Source of the DNA: a virus
Lineage: Duplodnaviria; Heunggongvirae; Uroviricota; Caudoviricetes
IMG/VR virus record: IMGVR_UViG_2526164634_000012
Location: 1-11,267 of that record
Reading direction: 5' to 3' (one strand)
DNA length: 11,267 nt
A program made the translations under genes and the position numbers. Each line of letters begins with the position of its first letter. The stretch's first letter is position 1. Below the pieces are notes generated by a model, which saw nothing but the letters and a program-made list of their open reading frames with translations, was not told the DNA's origin and did no database searches. Positions 8,139 to 11,267 of this stretch are shown here, one piece after another.

Positions 8139-8666
8139 ATGATGCACTTAAAAAATATTACTGCTGGCAACCCTAAAACAAAAGAACAATACCAGCTAAC
8201 TGAAAAAGCGGGCGTGGTATGGCTCTTTTGCGAAGATGGCAAAAACTGGTATGAGGAACAAAAGAATTTTCAGCCAGACACCATAAAAATTGCTTACGAT
8301 GAGAACAACATCATCGTTGCTGTCAGTAAAGACGTTTCAACTATTAATCCTGAAGGGCTAAGCATAGTTGAAGTTCCTGATATTACGGCAAATCGTCGCG
8401 CAGACAATAACGGAAAATGGATGTTTCTGTATGGTAAAGTAGTAAAGAGGGAATATACAGAACAGGAACTGCAACAACAGGCCGAATCACAAAAGGCCGC
8501 GTTGCTTTCTGAAGCAGAAAGCGTTATTCAGCCACTGGAACGCGCTGTCAGGCTGAACATGGCAACAGATGAGGAGCGTAGCCGACTGGAAGCATGGGAG
8601 CGCTACAGTGTTCTGGTCAGCCGTGTGGATACGGCAAATCCTGAATGGCCACAAAAGCCTGAATAA
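8139..8666 (+). CDS. G: Tail fibre assembly chaperone, P2 gpG-like
   Basis: ATG 8139 after GGGGAG, 2 nt after the H stop. 175 aa; N-terminus [21 protein letters not shown] and C-terminus ...[34 protein letters not shown] match recalled P2 G closely. Confidence 0.85.
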   Translation: MMHLKNITAGNPKTKEQYQLTEKAGVVWLFCEDGKNWYEEQKNFQPDTIKIAYDENNIIVAVSKDVSTINPEGLSIVEVPDITANRRADNNGKWMFLYGKVVKREYTEQELQQQAESQKAALLSEAESVIQPLERAVRLNMATDEERSRLEAWERYSVLVSRVDTANPEWPQKPE

Positions 8667-8671
8667 AAATT

Positions 8672-8700
8672 AAGGCCCGATAGCGGGCCTTGTCTCATTC
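8672..8700 (+). terminator. Putative rho-independent terminator after the V-W-J-I-H-G operon
   Basis: Perfect 8-bp stem AAGGCCCG / CGGGCCTT (8672-8679 and 8684-8691) with a 4-nt loop, followed by a T-rich but interrupted tail TTGTCTCATT. Confidence 0.4.
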
Positions 8701-8725
8701 GTAAGCGCATCATTTAAACCGTCTT
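8701..8725 (+). repeat. Putative left terminal inverted repeat of the IS66-family element (exact length not determinable without the right end)
   Basis: GTAAGCGCATCATTTAAACCGTC... begins 10 bp after the terminator hairpin; the right IR is outside the window so pairing cannot be verified. Confidence 0.4.
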
Positions 8726-8785
8726 TCGCCTCCCTTTCCTGTTTCCGATACTAATGTCCATTTTCGCAGTAAAAGGACATTTAAG

Positions 8786-9436
8786 ATGAATGCACGAAAA
8801 GCGGTACTGGCAGATAATCCAGAATTGATCCTGCGTGTGCTACAGCTGAGATTTGACGAGTCACTGTCGTACCCGCGCATTTCTGCGCAGACTGGTGTCA
8901 GCAAAACCGCCATTTTTTCTCTGGTGAGGCGATTTCACCAGGTATTCACTGACTGGCCTCTTTCCGGTGAATATTCCTGCGGGCAACTGGCCCGGGCTCT
9001 TTTCCCGGGGCGATACCCTTCAGCCCCGACCGTGACTCAGCCTGTGAAAGCAGAGAAACCCCGCCGGAACCGATTTTCACCGGAGTTTAAATGGAGACTG
9101 GTTCAGCAAACTCTTTTACCCGGTGCCTGTGTCGCACAAATAGCTCGAGAGAATGGAATTAACGATAACCTGCTCTTTAACTGGCGGCATCTCTGGCGTA
9201 ACGGTGGCCTGCAACCGCCCGGCGAACATGAAACATCGCTACTTCCCGTGACGTTAACTCCGGAGCCGGATAATAAAATCCCGGCACCAGTGCAGATACC
9301 TGAACAGATAAATACACTGCCAGACAGTCTGTGCTGCGAGCTGGTTCTGCCGGCCGGAACTCTCAGGCTGAAAGGTGAACTGACACCGGCGTTATTACAG
9401 ACACTTATCCGCGAAATGAAAGGGAGCAGCCACTGA
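8786..9436 (+). CDS. tnpA: IS66-family accessory protein TnpA-like, with an N-terminal extension of about 90 aa (HTH-like)
   Basis: C-terminal half ...RRNRFSPEFKWRLVQQTLLPGACVAQIARENGINDNLLFNWR... fits the IS66 TnpA pattern. AAGGA RBS before ATG 8786. Stop overlaps the tnpB start (TGATG). Confidence 0.7.
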   Translation: MNARKAVLADNPELILRVLQLRFDESLSYPRISAQTGVSKTAIFSLVRRFHQVFTDWPLSGEYSCGQLARALFPGRYPSAPTVTQPVKAEKPRRNRFSPEFKWRLVQQTLLPGACVAQIARENGINDNLLFNWRHLWRNGGLQPPGEHETSLLPVTLTPEPDNKIPAPVQIPEQINTLPDSLCCELVLPAGTLRLKGELTPALLQTLIREMKGSSH

Positions 9437-9782
9437 TGATATCTCTCCCTGCCGGTTCGCGTATCTGGCTGGTCGCCGGTATCACCGATATGCGAAATGG
9501 CTTTAACGGCCTGGCCTCAAAAGTTCAGAACGTCCTGAAGGATGACCCGTTCTCCGGGCATCTGTTCATCTTCCGCGGACGCCGGGTGACCAGATAAAAG
9601 TGCTGTGGGCTGACAGTGACGGACTGTGCCTCTTCACCAAACGCCTGGAGCGGGGCCGCTTCGTCTGGCCGGTCACCCGCGATGGAAAGGTTCACCTTAC
9701 TCCGGCTCAGTTGTCCATGCTTCTCGAAGGCATCGACTGGAAGCACCCGAAACGAACGGAACGCGCTGGCATCCGCATATAA
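9436..9782 (+). pseudogene. tnpB: IS66-family TnpB (orf2); frame broken by apparent 1-nt deletion in G-run at 9584-9586
   Basis: MISLPAGSRIWLVAGITDMRNGFNGLASKVQNVLKDDPFSGHLFIFRGRR then stops at 9595-9597. The shifted frame (track ORF 9600..9782) continues ...VLWADSDGLCLFTKRLERGRFVWP...LTPAQLSMLLEGIDWKHP. Reading CGCCGGGTGAC as CGCCGGGGTGAC joins them into a ~116-aa protein. Confidence 0.75.
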
Positions 9783-9801
9783 CCCGTTGTAAAGTGAGGA
9801 T

Positions 9802-11267
9802 ATGGACACCTCACTTGCTCATGAGAATGCCCGCCTGCGGGCACTGTTGCAGACGCAACAGGACACCATCCGCCAGATGGCGAAATACAACCGCCTGCTC
9901 TCACAGCGGGTGGCGGCTTATGCTTCCGAAATCAACCGGCTGAAGGCGCTGGTTGCGAAACTGCAGCGCATGCAGTTCGGTAAAAGCTCAGAAAAACTTC
10001 GCGCTAAAACCGAACGGCAGATACAGGAAGCACAGGAGCGAATCAGCGCACTTCAGGAAGAAATGGCGGAAACGCTGGGTGAGCAATATGACCCGGTACT
10101 GCCATCCGCCCTGCGCCAGTCTTCAGCCCGTAAACCGTTACCGGCCTCACTTCCCCGTGAAACCCGGGTCATCCGGCCGGAAGAGGAATGCTGCCCGGCC
10201 TGTGGTGGTGACCTCAGTCCTCTGGGGTGTGATGTGTCAGAGCAACTGGAGCTTATCAGCAGCGCCTTTAAGGTTATCGAAACACAACGTCCGAAACTGG
10301 CCTGTTGTCGGTGCGACCATATCGTGCAGGCAACAGTACCTTCAAAACCCATTGCACGCAGTTATGCCGGAGCGGGGCTTCTGGCCCATGTTGTTACCGG
10401 GAAATATGCAGACCATCTGCCGTTATACCGCCAGTCAGAAATATACCGTCGCCAGGGCGTGGAGCTGAGCCGCGCCACGCTGGGGCGCTGGACAGGTGCC
10501 GTTGCTGAACTGCTGGAGCCGCTGTATGACGTCCTGCGCCAGTATGTGCTGATGCCCGGTAAAGTCCATGCTGATGATATCCCCGTCCCGGTCCAGGAGC
10601 CGGGCAGCGGTAAAACCCGGACCGCCCGGCTGTGGGTCTACGTCCGTGATGACCGTAACGCCGGTTCGGAAATGCCCCCGGCGGTCTGGTTCGCGTACTC
10701 ACCGGACCGGAAAGGTATCCATCCACAAAATCATCTGGCCGGTTACAGCGGTGTGCTTCAGGCCGATGCTTACGGTGGTTACCGGGTGTTATACGAATCC
10801 GGCAGAATAACGGAAGCCGCGTGTATGGCTCATGCCCGGAGAAAAATCCACGATGTGCATGCAAGAGTGCCCACCGACATCACCACGGAAGCCCTGCAGC
10901 GTATCGGTGAACTGTATGCCATAGAGGCAGAAGTCCGGGGATGTACAGCAGAACAGCGTCTGGCGGCAAGAAAAGCCAGAGCTGCGCCACTGATGCAGTC
11001 ACTGTATGACTGGATACAGACTCAGATGAAAACACTGTCGCGTCACTCGGATACGGCAAAAGCGTTCGCATACCTGCTGAAACAGTGGGATGGCCTGAAC
11101 GTGTACTGCAGTAATGGCTGGGTGGAAATCGACAACAACATCGCAGAGAACGCCTTACGGGGAGTGGCCGTAGGCCGGAAAAACTGGCTGTTCGCGGGTT
11201 CCGACAGCGGTGGCGAACATGCGGCGGTGTTGTACTCGCTGATCGGCACATGCCGTCTGAACAATGT
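9802..11267 (+). CDS. tnpC: IS66-family transposase TnpC (DDE), 3'-partial, open to window end
   Basis: My own translation from ATG 9802 shows no stop to the window end; this ORF is absent from the supplied track, presumably because it has no stop. N-terminal leucine-rich coiled coil, Cys pairs CPACGG...CCRC, and motifs ...[12 protein letters not shown]..., ...HADD.PVPV..., ...LQADAY.GY..., ...[25 protein letters not shown]... typical of IS66 transposases. Confidence 0.85.
   Translation, partial: MDTSLAHENARLRALLQTQQDTIRQMAKYNRLLSQRVAAYASEINRLKALVAKLQRMQFGKSSEKLRAKTERQIQEAQERISALQEEMAETLGEQYDPVLPSALRQSSARKPLPASLPRETRVIRPEEECCPACGGDLSPLGCDVSEQLELISSAFKVIETQRPKLACCRCDHIVQATVPSKPIARSYAGAGLLAHVVTGKYADHLPLYRQSEIYRRQGVELSRATLGRWTGAVAELLEPLYDVLRQYVLMPGKVHADDIPVPVQEPGSGKTRTARLWVYVRDDRNAGSEMPPAVWFAYSPDRKGIHPQNHLAGYSGVLQADAYGGYRVLYESGRITEAACMAHARRKIHDVHARVPTDITTEALQRIGELYAIEAEVRGCTAEQRLAARKARAAPLMQSLYDWIQTQMKTLSRHSDTAKAFAYLLKQWDGLNVYCSNGWVEIDNNIAENALRGVAVGRKNWLFAGSDSGGEHAAVLYSLIGTCRLNN

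Larger units (their letters stand above)
8701..11267 (+). mobile_element. IS66-family insertion sequence (tnpA-tnpB-tnpC), right end beyond window
   Basis: Starts with GTAAGCG, the characteristic terminal sequence of IS66-family inverted repeats. Three co-directional genes with the IS66 TnpA / TnpB / DDE-transposase organisation. Confidence 0.8.

Noticed and set aside
10394-11251. Reverse-strand ORFs 10394..10864 and 10880..11251 inside the IS
   Set aside because: Antisense to the conserved IS66 transposase tnpC; low-complexity Arg/Pro/Gly/His-rich translations. Not credible genes.
1-11267. tRNA, rRNA, CRISPR array, or a defence/toxin system
   Set aside because: No repeat-spacer periodicity, no cloverleaf-like conserved tRNA segments noticed, and every sizeable ORF is accounted for by a phage structural or lysis gene or an IS gene. 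The accessory hotspot after G is occupied by the IS, not by cargo genes.

Overview
This window is the late morphogenesis and lysis region of a P2-like (Peduovirus-type) prophage of an enterobacterial host, with every gene on the + strand in canonical P2 order: terminase small subunit M (3' part), L, X, holin, endolysin, overlapping spanins lysB/lysC, R, S, V, W, J, I, tail fibre H and tail-fibre chaperone G. Many genes overlap by ATGA/GTGA/TGATG junctions. About 35 bp after the G stop an IS66-family insertion sequence begins (terminal GTAAGCG at 8701; tnpA, tnpB, tnpC) and runs off the right edge of the window. The most striking pattern is that at least five genes (endolysin, S, V, H and IS66 tnpB), and possibly the holin, have their reading frame broken by a 1-nt indel inside a short homopolymer run. 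That points to either a decaying prophage or, more likely given that an IS gene is also hit, systematic homopolymer errors in the assembly. Other points: the lysis cassette carries an M15-peptidase-type endolysin, the tail fibre C-terminus plus chaperone N-terminus form an AT-rich exchanged module, and the IS sits at the G/FI junction where P2 carries its Z/fun moron. I found no tRNA, rRNA or CRISPR array, and no convincing candidate for a novel system: all reverse-strand ORFs are antisense to clearly recognisable phage or IS genes and look non-coding. Protein identifications rest on recalled P2 and IS66 sequences, not on a database search.
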